Assembly (NCBI RefSeq): GCF_963506605.1
Contig: NC_083280.1
Location: 42,532,001-42,596,000, forward strand
From: Zootoca vivipara
Taxonomy: Eukaryota
Direction: 5' to 3'
DNA length: 64,000 bases
A model generated the notes under the pieces. It saw nothing but the letters and a program-made list of their open reading frames with translations. It was not told the DNA's origin and ran no database searches. Positions 24,688 through 37,648 of this stretch are shown here, one piece after another (position 1 is the first letter of the stretch; each line of letters begins with the position of its first letter). A program made the translations under genes and the position numbers.

Positions 24688-27600
24688 GCAGGAGACAGTA
24701 CCATACACCAAAAAGAAACCTAATTAATTATCTGCATAAAGCTGCTGCTAAAACACTTTGGCAATACATCATCCCAGCCATTTTTTTTGTCAAGTGAAAT
24801 AAGTGGCCTACCTTGAATAAAAACTAATGCAACATATTCATGGAGTCCTATGAAATTTCATTCAGGCAAATTCTTCAGGCTGCTTATTACTCTTTACCTT
24901 CTAATTGTATATGTACACGAATTCTATAAAGTTGCATGTACTGGCTCCATTCATACATTATGCTTTAGGTGCAAAACAGGGACAAAAGGAACTCAATTTA
25001 CAGTAATGCTCATTCTCGACTGCAATTTCACTCAAAACCCACAAGGTGGCTGTCCAGATCCAATAACTGATCTCTGCTAAGATGACAACAACAGGAATAA
25101 GCAGCTGCTCACACCTCAGTGGGATTCTGCTTCTGCAAAAATAACCTATCTACAACTTTGAGCAGAGAGCATCTGAAACTACATAAGAATACACTGCCTC
25201 CCTCAAGTTATTTCTTTACAATGCGCACTCTCTCTCTCTCTCATACACACACACACACGCCAGTCTGCTACTGCTTTCTCCTCACAGTGCTTTTCGGTTT
25301 TGTATTCACTGCGTGCATTTATCCAGCATGGCTCTACTATTGAACTAGAGGCAGACATTTATAAGCATGTGTTCTTGCATTGCACAAGTACAGAAGATGC
25401 TTTGGCTGCAGAATTTAGCATCCTGAGGAGCACAATGGCCATTGTATAAAGGGTGTTTTAGACAAAGTAGGCTTGAAAACAAGGCTGGTGAAATCTCAGA
25501 AGGATTTCCAGTGGTTTGGGGTGGGGCTTCTCAGGCTTCCTCCTGCAACTAGAAGAGAAGCAAAATATGCCTGCACCACAAATTTAAAGCTGGTTTCCCT
25601 TTTTTGTATAGAACCTGGGAACTACTGCTCTTTGAGGGAACTGGTTTTAAGCACTTTACATTTGCAGTATGAATATGTTTTGTCACAGTTGAACTAAAGT
25701 ACTGTGTGGCTAAGGAGTTATTGATCTGAAGCAAATTTGTTGCTTTGTGTGGAAAATGTTCTTGCTGTCTAGCAAGAGGAACTGATCAGCACAGGCACAA
25801 GTTTTGAAGTGCTTGGGGAAAGAGTTGGATCTGGGATTTAGCCAGTTGGCACTTCTCGTAGGTAGGTAGGACGCAGCTCTTGGAAGAACAAGCTTGGTGT
25901 ACAATGGGTGTCAGAATCAGGAATTGGATTGCCAGCTTACCTTGTAACGTAGCCAGTTTTCAGTAGCAGTGGGTGTGTTTACCATCAGAAGGGCATCACA
26001 CTAATGCTGCCAGGTTTGGTAGATTAGTTAGCTTAACTTATAAAAATGCGGTAATCAGTTAAAATGTGCCCCTGATTAATTGGGTAGCAATTTTTAAAAT
26101 GAAAAAAAGAAACTCATTGTGTTTATTTGTACCAATGTTACATATAATACCAGGGGTGGCATGCGCTACCTTAGAAAATGCAATAAAATGTAAAACTTAA
26201 CAATAAAAAGCATTTTAACAAGTTAGCAAGAGACAAAGGTTAAACCTTTGTTTACCGGTATATTATTAATTGCCTGCATAGGCCTGGCAGAATAAAAACA
26301 ATTCAGCAGGCATTTAAAAGTTGGCACTTAATGCCTATTGAGATACTTCATCCAGGGTTTGAACTTACACATGAGAAACCCACGTTGTTTGGAAGTCAAG
26401 GGCTATCGTTCCCGAACAAAACACCATGAGTCCTGGCTTCTCCTCCTTCAACTATGCTATTCAGAGTGTTCTGATGATTCTCTAGGTGGGAACAATTTGC
26501 TGTCTGTGAGACTGAAATCCCTTTTCCCGGGGCGCCTGTGGGTTCTCAATGCATGCTTGCTACTGAATTGACCAGGGAACTGGCTGACTGTTGGGATCGG
26601 AATGTCAGCCTTTCCATGTCTGGGCCTGTCTGTTTGCCTAGCAAAAGACGGGTTACTGTGAGTAGGATGCAAACTGCTCTCTGGGGGGGGGGGAGTCTGA
26701 AGCTTGTGGCTGTATGTATTTGACTCTACACTCCTCTTCATTGTGCCACGGTACCTGATAAGGTAGCAGTGACCTAGTGCTATCTCCATGGACGACTATG
26801 GTGTTATATAAGTAGTGGGAGTGTACAATGATTAGGGCAATGCCATGAAATTGTTCTGCCATTGCCATGTGTTGATTGGTACCTTCCATGTGTGAGTAAT
26901 GTGAGGCATTGGTGCACAGTGCTATGATTGACGAGTTGCTGTTGCTGTGCTACCTTTGGTTTCTGTTTTGTGTTACTGTTTTGTGTGACTCTTTGTGTTG
27001 CTGTTTTGTTTTCTGCTTTGCTACTGGGAATATAGAGGATCGCGGCTACAATCTTAGTAGCTGCCAATTGCATGATTTCTTTAATAAGGCTGTTACCCTG
27101 ACTGCAACCTCTTGTTCCAGTGTTCACAGAATTTTATTCAAAGAATGACTTTGACTCCAGAAACCTGATCTCTAAGGCTCTCTAAAGCAAAAACAATTGT
27201 AGACACCGCTCCAAAAATGGATCCAATAAACAGCCAACACCTTTCCTGCCTTATACCCCTTCACCTCTCAGTGTTTCCCTCTATCTACCCCCAAAAGTGA
27301 TGCAATGACCTCTTGAGTATCAAACAGCTGAGGGAGATACAGCGCCCTGTATTTAGGACTACTCATTCTCTGTCTGTTTTGACTCACAGGCTGCCCTGCT
27401 TCTCTATTCTCAAATTCAAAAATTCCCCATTCTTCTTTAAACTGGCTGGCAGGTAATCAACAGAGTCATTACGGGAATGTGGATTCCAGGAAGGGCCAGG
27501 ATTCAGACCTCATATTGGCTCATAACCAGCTCGTGCTTGTTTTGAGATGATGAGGGGTCTTACATCATGGACTTCTGCCGCTGCAGCAGCATAGGCTGGT

Positions 27601-30600
27601 GTGACTCAGAACTGCCTATGGAGAGCACCTTTTGCCAGAAATGATGGCTGACTGTGAAGTGGATAGATAATCCAAACCAGGGCTGCTGTTCCATTACCTG
27701 CTTGTCCAGTCTCATATCCCAATACAGTATAGCAACTGGAGTATGGAACCAAATAATGCCCCACTGTGGCTCCGGTAAGCTGCTCCTCTCTGTGACGGAC
27801 AGCAGAGGCAGACCAGAGTCTGGTGATTCAGTCCCTCGGAAATTCCACCAGAGTGCTGGAGCCCCTCGCCGATTGACTACAAAGTCAGCTAGCCACAGAG
27901 GGGAGAGGAGCAGCACTTTGGGAGGGAGAATAAAAGGAGTGGTTTCTGAGGGAGAGAGTTAGACAGGGCTTGATTTGAGTTGAGAGATAGGGTTCAGGTT
28001 GAGAGGTGGGAGATAGGGCATGAGATAGGGATTCTCTTTCTTAATGTTCCAAACTCCCACCTCTTTAAAATAAATCATTTCAAGAGTAATGAATGCCCTG
28101 AATTTGTGGGAAACCACATACTGTATCAACCCTTTAGATCAAGGATGGAGAATCTGTGGCTGTTGTTGGACTAACAAGCTATCAACCCTGACCATCAGCC
28201 ATACTTTGGCTGGCACTGATAGGAGCAAAGTCCAACAACATATGTCCACACATCCCCCATCCCTGCTTTAGATACATAGAATAACCTTCCATGATTATGC
28301 CTTTCTAGCAGCCAGGGCCTCTGGTACTGTACCTATAACTTACCTATTATGTGACTGTGCCATATTCAAAAGGTCCCTGACGTCATCTTGATAGATGACG
28401 ATAGCACACAGCATCAATGGAATAATTGTCTTTTGCTTGCTTAAAATGGAGTAACAGAGATAAGAAGAAAATCAATATCTCTGAGTAAATTAGTAGCAAG
28501 AGAGTTGTGAAATACACTGCGGCACATCTCCAGGTTTGCTCTGACGGCTTTCTTAAAACACACACACACATAGCTGGGTTGGTGACAATGAAACTCCAGT
28601 TTGACGACCCTTTAAGACAGATTTCTCCTTGTCCTTGCAGGCATATTTACCTTGCCATGGTCATGTCTGAGAGCAATAGACTGAACTCACCTGAGTCAGG
28701 TTTTTGTTTGTAATAGCTTCCCCCCCCAAAAAAGAGGGGAGATTTGATGCATGCATGAAGGATAGGTCTGTAATTGGCATCTAGTCACCATGACTGCGTA
28801 TAAGACTACTTTTTAACCCCGGAAAATCTTCTCAAAAGTTGGGGGTTGTCTTATATGCTGGGTCATATTTCTTATACGGCGAGTATATCCCAAACTCTAT
28901 ATTTTAACTGGAAAAGTTGGGGGTCGTCTTATACGCCCAGTCGTCTTATACGCTGGAATATATGGGTAGTTTGCCACCTGCATGCCGGATACTAGGTGTT
29001 AACATGTGAACATGACTAACATGGCGGGAGGGAGGCTCAAGAGGCTGCTGTGATAACTGTTGGCAGTCAGAGTCACTGGCATAATGGCATGTGGTGAAAG
29101 ATTGGCAGGGAACTCCCACGGGAGCAACATGGGTCATTTTCACGTAATTTCCAAATGAGATTTCTGTCTTGGTATCTTGTTGTGCCTGGAACACACAGAC
29201 AAAGGGCAGGGCATGTGGTAGGTGTAAGGTTAGGTGAGCAAGGATCAGCAGTGAGAAGTGAAAAGGGTCTGGCCCAGGAGAAAAACCTACAACCTTCAAA
29301 TCCAGAGAGAGAGAATAGGAAAAGGGGGAAGATATGGGGGATCTTTTCTATTCTGATGCTGCAGGGAGCCATAAAATAGGTGATGGATATCAGAATTATG
29401 CTTTGTTTATGAATGTCCCTATGGTATTCATTAGCCACTTTTGTCAGATTGAATGCTGAGCTAGATAAAGCATTGGTCTCACTATTTTGGAGAAAAATAT
29501 AACATAAATTTAGGTTTGTGGAATTAAAGGGATCTTGCACAACAAATTCACTTTAAAAAAAACAAAGCAACAGGAAAATGCAATAAAAAGTGTGAGATAA
29601 TGATTGATGAGAAGACATATAGGGTGCTATTTAAGTTTTATTCAGAGTTGACCCAATGAAATTAATGAACATGGCAAAGTAGGTCCATTAATTCCATTTT
29701 CTGCATAAAACTTCATTGAATACCACACATCATTTCCATGCAACCAAAACAGATAGGATGCTCATTGTCATGACCTTCCTACAAACAAATTTGGGAATGT
29801 ATAACCTCTGTGTAAGCTTTGTGCAAGCAGATGAATGTTCAGTAAATACCCTTGGCAGAGTACAATAATGAAGATGAAAACAGCTGGGGAGCAAGGTTTT
29901 TATTATGTGTAGAATAGAAGAAAGGAAGTCAGGAATGTCCAGAGGTTAGAGGCCAAGGGTTGTTGTTTTTTGAAACTCCTGTGGTCCACTCTGAGATATG
30001 ATGTCTTAAGCATGGTTGAAGTGGGCTTCCCCATTTGGTGTTGCTGGAATAGGGTCAATTTATCACAGGGAAAGGAGACTCCAACAAAAATGATCCTATT
30101 CCTACCATTTGAAAAAAGGTGGGGATATATAGGCACATTAGATGTAGCATCTTATAAAAAGACAGCTGTGGTAGCTGCTCTGGGAGTTTAGCACAATTAG
30201 GCAAACATTAGAAGTCAAAAGGGTGCAGGGGTCTCTTATCCAAGGCACTTCTGTATTTCAGAGGCAGAAATCCAGTGGTGGTGAAATCCAATGTGTGACA
30301 ATCCATGAGCATGATGAAGCCTTCAGTTTACATGGTAGCAACTGGGGGCTGATCCTAGTTGCAAGGTTTGTATGGTTAGTGCTGTCACATTCTTATATTT
30401 CATGTAAAGTCATGAGATATGTGGGAGCAGTACCAGACAGCACTGGATCCTGTTTCCCTGCTAGGCACAGGGAATTCGGGCACTCTGCACCCTGACCCTG
30501 TTAGAAGTCTTCCATGTGATGTAACTGTTTCTCTTCACAGTTTCCATAGGAATATTTTCCTCCCCTTTTCCGGCCCAGAGCCAGCTTTTGCAGTAATTAC

Positions 30601-32272
30601 ATTTCCTCCACTGTCAACCATTCAGCTGCAGTGCCTGTTTGCAAATGTCTACCCTGGGGTTCTCTTTCACTTCTTTCTCCCACCCAGGACAGGATTTATC
30701 TTGATGCTTCATGCAGAATAAAATGTGCCTCCTTCTCTGGAATATGATGGGAGCAGGAGGATACGGGCCCTGCCATAAAAGGGGCTAAGAACAGTCTGGA
30801 ATCTGGTAGCTCTCTCACACACACACACTATTAGTCTTCTTCAGTAGGAACCTGCATTTGGGTCTCTTTAGGAAGTCTTTGCAGATCACAGAACTAATAT
30901 CCAACTACTTGCCTCCTAAAGGTACCAAATATCAAGGTTTGGTCCCAACCTCATATAGAGCCATGCTGGGTAGATCCACGTCTGTGATCCACCTGGGTTC
31001 CAATCCTGGCCTCAGCTGATGACCAGCACCTCCCTCCAATTTCTGAGAGGGCCCTGCTCTCTGGCCTCTTTTGTTCCATCATCACACAACCTGTTGCAGA
31101 ACTCTCCAATGTTGCCTACTATTTATGACCTATTGGTTTGTGGGGTGGATTCCTCAAATATGAGGCAATGGCTCAAGAAGATTTCAAGGAACTGAAGCAT
31201 TAATTAATTCAGGAAGTTACAAGAGCGACATTTATGGGCACAATGTGTGTAATTTGAGCTAGGGATTGCCAGGGCTCAGAAATGGACTCAGAAGCTCAGC
31301 TCTGGATCCCATTTTGGTGCCAGTATTTAGCTTACATATCTAATAGTAAGAACAAAGAAACTTCATCCGAGCAAATGCAAAGAGAATGTGCCTCTTGCTT
31401 TAATCAGCATTTAGGAGATCCAGGTTAGGGAGTGCAAATATCCAAAAGACATGAGCCTCAACACATCCATTTTTAAAAAGTAAAAACTGGTTACTGGAGT
31501 TATGCTATGCTATAAATGTCACAATGTCCACATCCAGGTCATATCTAAAATAAAAAGTTACTAAGAACCATCATTTATAAATATCTGATTAAAAACAGAA
31601 TGCTATGGAGGGAGAAAAGAACGTAATGGAAGCTTTGGGGGGTGGTTCCTAAGCTTATGCTTATATAACTTCTGAAATGGGATAATATTAATAATATACC
31701 AACAGAGCACCCTAAAGGGTGGATATTCACTATTACCGTACTAAACATTAATTAAATGTGAGAGGATGAGATCTTATGTATATGGCATAAAAACATATGG
31801 ACAAACACTACAAACTAAATTAAATCTGCTCCTATAAGGATTATGAATAACACTGAATGATCAAGGGCTTCCAGGGCACCTTATGTCAACCACATATTCT
31901 GGAATCATAGGCCAGGCCAAACTTTTCTAGATCCACAGAGACCCACCTGCCAAGTGAAGGAAGAAAAGAAACGGGGAAGTCCCACAATCTGGCTCCCACG
32001 TTTAATCTGAAGGATACACCATTTCTAGCTTCTGGGTCATGAAAGCATGCATCCATCCGTTGATGAAAGGTATAGAGCATCCATCAGTACCATGGACATA
32101 TAGGGGATTATTCCCCCTCTCCCAATAAAGTCTATTGAAGTTTTTTCTCTCCATCAGGAAGGCAACGATGAGTCTGGAACAGTCTGTGGGGACCATATGT
32201 GTGCAAGGCTTGTCCGTCTGGTTGAAGAAGGGTCTGTCCATCCCTGCCCATCAGCCTACCTTCTTGCATCTC

Positions 32273-32797
32273 TCAGATATCTTGGTGCCCCTGGAAATGT
32301 CGTACCAGGCAGTGGAGTCCTGAAATTAGGTAAAAGAAGGCAGTGATACCTGCAAAGACGGCAGCAGTCAGGTAGGCTTTGTAACTGCAGGACAATATGT
32401 AGCCTGGCAGGTTGCAGTAGCTGAAACTCTGTGCCTTCTGGCTCAGGATGCCTGCAGCAGCTGCAGAGAGAATAACCCCAAGCAACAGGTCGTGCATTAG
32501 GTTCGTCATAAGCCAGCGGGTCCCCAGCACCGGCACCAGAGACCAGCGGCCCAGCAGGCTGAGCCCAAAGAGCGCCAAGGTGAGCAACCACAGCAGGACC
32601 GCTGCAAAGACCGCAAAGTAGGTGGCTCCTTCATACTTGTGCGCTGCTAAAGTCACCCAGCAGACAGCCCCCGTCAGCAGCTGGCCAATGCGCAGCACTC
32701 CCAGCAGACTTCTCAAGAAGGGCCTGTTCAGACTCAAAGTCTCTCTAGACTGCGGGCAAGGCGGTGGAGGGGAGGACGGAGGTGGTGGAAGAGCCAT
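32273..32797 (-). CDS. MARVELD1: MARVEL domain-containing protein 1 (intronless CDS, 174 aa)
   Basis: Pro-rich N-terminus, then FLRSLLGVLRIGQLLTGAVCW..., four hydrophobic segments and YCNLPGY..CSYKAYL; syntenic between ZFYVE27 and AVPI1. Confidence 0.93.
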   Translation of the reverse strand: MALPPPPSSPPPPCPQSRETLSLNRPFLRSLLGVLRIGQLLTGAVCWVTLAAHKYEGATYFAVFAAVLLWLLTLALFGLSLLGRWSLVPVLGTRWLMTNLMHDLLLGVILSAAAAGILSQKAQSFSYCNLPGYILSCSYKAYLTAAVFAGITAFFYLISGLHCLVRHFQGHQDI

Positions 32798-34496
32798 GCT
32801 GCAAGACTGCGGCCTCCAGGCGCTTCTGTCCCGTCCAGTTCTGCCTTCTGGAGCCCAGCAAACTTCACCCCCTTCTCAGGCACTTCCTCTGTCTGCAGCT
32901 GCCAAACATCTGCAGCTCAATGGACTTTCCTGTGCAGGGGCCTCTCAGCTTCCCGGCTCTGTCCCTCCCTGTTCCCCCCCTTGCCCCTCCTCTTCTCTGG
33001 GTGGTTCTCTTTCTCCATCCTTCTGCTAACTCCTCACTCCTCTCTCCTTCACGCCCCTGCAGTCCCAAGCTGAGAGCTTTCAAAACACCCATTAAAGCTG
33101 GCTGCTTTAGCCAACAGTTCTTCCTAAGCAGAAAGGTTGCTTCAGCATGTGGGCCCTGCAGGCACAGAGTTTTGCCTCTCCCTTGCAGATGGGTTTGGGC
33201 ACATTGGCTGCATAGGCACCATACATTTAAAGCACATTTCCTCCACCCCTCCAAAAAAAAAAGGTGATTGGGAACTATAGTTTCACAGAGCTACAATTCT
33301 CAGGATCCTTAGTTCCCATTCTCAGCCACAGTTCCCAGGATTCAAAAGAGGGTAAAGTGCTTTAAGTGTATGGCATGTACGCACCCTCGAAACTTTGCAT
33401 TGTATTGACTCTTCAGATAGCCCAGGTCCTGGCCAGCACCACTAGATGGTGCAAACAAACTCCAGCCTGCTCTCATCTTGGATGTCAGAACTCAGGTCAA
33501 TTTTCCCCCCCATGTTCTAAAGAGGCAGAGGAGAGTACGAAAAAAACCGTTGTTATTTCTTTCCACACTTCTGATTTAACTTGTGAATATAAAAATAAAA
33601 AACTTAGGAGACTTCAAATGGATAAACTGTTTCCTTATCTGGTGCCTGTGCCTGTAAACTGTCTTTAGAGATATGGCTTTATTTTAAAACTGCTGTGAGC
33701 TGCCCAGAGGACAGGATGAATAGGTGACCAAGATAAGTCGTATATGAGTGAATCAGTAAGTCAAGTCCTCTCCTAAACAGGTCCAAACCAGCTTGTCCTC
33801 TAGCAGGGTTGAATGTTCCAAAAGGAGGTTGTCAACTCGCATATAAAGGATTCATTCTTGAAATCACTCTAATTTTGATCTTAGTGGGTCTCTTGACTTT
33901 CCTAAGATGCTGCAGGCAATGATTTCTGTGACATGCAGGATTTTAAGTTTCACGCACCACTTCTCACATGGTATTCTCCAGAAAAAAAGTTTACATTGCA
34001 CTCAGTTTTTTGTTTTTTAAAAATTCATTTAAATATGTCTTTTTTCACTTTTGCACATTTGGAAGCTCTTGCTTGTGATGACGTATTCTTTAGCTTGGAA
34101 CTACAACAAGATACACACTTGTGCAATTTTCACATGTGACAATGTAGATAATTTTCCCTGTGTATGGAGTGGATGCGACTGTCCCTGGAAAGGGCTGCAG
34201 AGGTCTAAATGAAAATAGGGCATTCCTTTAACCCTGATCCTTTTTTCCCCTCTAGCTTGCCAAATTACATCTCAGTGTGCGTCCTCTTGGGGATCAAAGG
34301 GCAAGTCAAATCTCATGGCATCTTTCTACATACTTCCCAGAGAACACGGCGGCAAAAATTCATGCCTGAGGGTTCTGGCTTCCTGGCACGCAGCAGGAGC
34401 TGGCTGGGGAGCCGGCGCCTTCCCTCCACGTCGACCCATAACACGTGTCTGACTGCGACTACTTTGCGTGGCTCAGTGGAGCGGAATAGGCACGTT

Positions 34497-34637
34497 CACG
34501 GGCGTAGCCGGGGGGAGCAGGGAGGAGCAGCTGCCCCCTCCTATCAATAAAAATACCTAGCTAACTTAGGTTCTACCCCCCCCCCCGCAACCAAAAGGCC
34601 TACCCTCCCCCTAACAAAAATCCTGGCTACGCCCATG
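34497..34637. mobile_element. hAT MITE (GGCGTAGCC TIR family)
   Basis: TIRs; TSD GGCACGTT/GGCACGCT. Confidence 0.82.
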
Positions 34638-35099
34638 GGCACGCTCCAAACCCTTTCTCGCCTGCTGCCTTGCCAGACAGGCCAGTAATTGCCCTGACAG
34701 GCAAAGGCGAGCAGGTTGCCGAAGTGGTCTGAGAAGCCAGACGTTACGGGGTGAGGCTAGCGATCCTTTCCAGCAGCAAGTCCTATTTTTCAGGTTGCTG
34801 TCAGGGAGGCCGGTCGTGCTTCGCTCCCCTGCGGACCTCAAATCCCTGCCCTGCCAGAACCAGATACTCCGTCCAGACCCTTTATTTGCAAAGAGAGAAT
34901 TCGGCGCGAGCCACTGAAGGAAAACAAGCAGAAAATAAAGTGGGAATGGGGAGAGGATAGGATAAAGATTAAGCCTCCACGCCGGTGACATGGCATGATC
35001 GGGTTTCTCAGCGGGCCAATTAACTCTTTGCTGGAATTAGGTTCAGACTAAGGAAAGGCAGAAGCATCTGTGCCTGTGGACAAAACACACAAACACACC

Positions 35100-36250
35100 C
35101 CGCCGTCCCTGTCAGTCAACCACAGCAGGAAAAAGCAACGCCCCTCTTTCTCCTTGCAGGCTAACGCCCTTCCCACTGACGTCAAGGACGCCGCCTGCCA
35201 CGCGTTACCAGCAGGGACAGCGGAGCCCCGCCTCCTCCCCACCCGATTGGCTGCCTTGGTTATCTTCGGAGTTCGGATTTGGAACCTTGGAGTTAAGAGG
35301 CAGATGAAGCCGATTGGCTGAGATGCAGGTTGTCTGCGCTCTTCAATGGACAAAGGAGTCTTCACCGCGTTAGCCTGCGAATGACGGGAATCGGCTTGGG
35401 GAGAGGCAAGGCGAGAGCAGGGGAACCGCCCGCCCTGGCGGGTCTCCAGGAGCCTTCGAGAGACCCGTGGCCTAAAGGACGACAGCAGCCGCCAGGTCTG
35501 TGACTTACCTGTCCGAGGAGCCCGAATCCACTCAGGTCTGGGCATCGGCCTCGATCTGTTGCTGTAAAATGCCCGATTCCCCCGAGTGGGGGAAGGGACG
35601 TGGTTCCTCGCTCGGCTGGAGAGGGAACAATTATTGCCAGTATCTCGAGGCAGTACGAACCAGAATAATTTTTTGCTGGGCTCCTTTTTGTTCCCTTGAC
35701 ATCATGTTTTTGCTCGAAGAAGTTCAGAATGACTCTGTGGGGGAAGGTTAGATGGACAGTGTAACTTGCCCTAGCCTAGATCTCCCATGGCCCCGCGTGG
35801 ATTATTATTTGGGGATAATAATACTGTATGCAAACGAGCTGAGGGGTGCGTACTTGGGAGTTATCCTCCCAACACCCCGGTAAGGTAGCATAGGCTGAGA
35901 CCCTGGCCCCTTGTCACGCAGTTATCTCCTTGCTGAGCACGGAGATTCAATTCTGCGTCTCCCCGTGGCTCAACATCAGCTCTCTCTTTCCATCCAGTCC
36001 CAATATCGGTTCCTGCACAGCAACCGGGCTGAGGGACAAATATGCGTGCTGCATATGTATAATGCCTTTTTCGGAGCGATATAAATGTGCATCCTTAGCT
36101 CCCGGGAACTGAGGTATTGGCTCGTCTCTTCGGCTCCCGCGTGCCCATCTCATGGTTTGAAACACCATGATTCATTGGGATCATCCGGCGAGCTGGCAAG
36201 CGAGGCTCCAGCTGTGAGGAGTGGACACTGCCGGGTTAGCTTGCATCATC
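35100..36250 (+). promoter_or_regulatory. AVPI1: CpG-rich promoter region of AVPI1 (divergent from MARVELD1) with full CRE and two inverted CCAAT boxes
   Basis: TGACGTCA at 35177-35184; GC box near 35225; CCGATTGGCTG twice (ATTGG at 35246 and 35313); half-CRE TGACG at 35382. Confidence 0.65.
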
Positions 36251-36825
36251 TACGCTTTCCAGAGTTAACCTGTAGCTCATATTTGGGCAAGTGGGTATTC
36301 AGGCTCTCTTTGGAAATTGACTCCTGTTCCTAGGCTTTCTCTACCATAAGAGACATCAAGGCATGGGAGGCTGCTGGGAGAAGACAAGTGCCAGCCCTTT
36401 TGCTTGAGTGCAAGAATGTGAGCTGTTGCCCCATATGGCCCCACCCTGGCACTCATCCCAGCTTCTGTGGAATTTCCATGCATGCAAACCGGCTTTTAGC
36501 CTGGAGCTGTTTTCTGGTATGTAGCTCCTCCCAACTTGAGCACACCTGTACTGAGCAAGCAGCGGCCTGGTTTAATACTCTGCTGCCAGAGAATTAACAC
36601 CACCATCTGGATGGTGTTGGGGGAGCTCAGCAGCTTGCTTAGGAAAATGGAGGTGCTCTCTTTCTGATGGCCTACACATCCCCAAGCGCCAGGAGTCAGC
36701 TGCAGAATAGGAATCCCAATTCCTTCAGTGGGGAAGGAACTAGTTTTGTTCTGTAGGAGGTGGCGGCAGATAAGTTGGGTTGGCAAAAAGGATGGTTGCC
36801 TTGAGGCATGGCTATGGAAAGGTTG

Positions 36826-37164
36826 GGGACGCGGGTGGCGCTGTGGATTAACCACAGAGCCTAGAGCTTGCCAATCAGAAGGTCGGTGGTTCGAATCCCC
36901 GCAACAGGGTGAGCTCCCATTATTCGGTCCCAGCTCCTGCCAACCTAGCAGTTCGAAAGCATGTCAAAGTGCAAGTAGATAAATAGGTACCGCTCTGGGG
37001 GGGAAGGTAAACGGCATTTCTGTGTGCTGCTCTGGTTCACCAGAAGCGGCTTTGTCATGCTGGCCACATGACCTGGAAGCTGTACTGCCAATAAAGCGAG
37101 ATGAACACCGCAACCCCAGAGTCGGTCATGACTGGACCCTAATGGCCAGGGGTCCCTTGACCTT
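36826..37164 (+). mobile_element. Sauria (Squam1) SINE just upstream of the AVPI1 coding-exon acceptor
   Basis: GGGACGCGGGTGGCGCTGTGG head; GGTTCGAATCCC B-box; TSD TATGGAAAG(G/C)TTG. Confidence 0.92.
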
Positions 37165-37325
37165 TATGGAAAGCTTGTGTCTCTCAGCTAGGCAGGCATA
37201 CGTGAAGATGAGGGTGGCAGGGGAATAGCAATGGCTGGCAGGATTAGTCATTCTGCTGTTTCACCCTATTTCCTCTCTCTTTCACAGAACCACCTTCAGC
37301 TACAGAGTGGAGGGACCCTAGCATC

Positions 37326-37648
37326 ATGGGTACCCCCGCCTCTATTGCCTGTGACTTGCCACAGCATCAGACCCCTAAAGCCTGCACTCGCAAGAGAGCA
37401 TCTGCTAACATCTTTCAGGGGGTGGGGCTGTTCCAGTTGCGCCGCCTCTTCCACAGCAGTGGGGATGCACAAGCCGAGGAGAGGGCCCAGCTGGTCTGGG
37501 AATGTGCAGGGAGCCGATGCATTGCTCACGCCTTGCAACAGCTCCGAAGGAGGCAGAGAAAGCTGAGGCTGAGATCACACCTGAGACCTCCTTCAGAAAT
37601 GAGTGGTGGCACCAGACTCCTAGAGCTCCAACACTTCAGCCGCTTACG
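37326..37648 (+). CDS. AVPI1: Arginine vasopressin-induced protein 1, coding exon 1
   Basis: MGTPASI...RKRASANIFQGVGLFQLRRLFHSSGDAQAEERAQLVWECAG; acceptor ttcacAG at 37287; donor CG|GTATGG. Confidence 0.92.

Noticed and set aside
28946-29540. Possible novel minus-strand coding exon (acceptor TGTGTTCCAG near 29187)
   Set aside because: No recognisable protein in any frame, no partner exons, and it runs into a MITE; a non-coding exon cannot be excluded.
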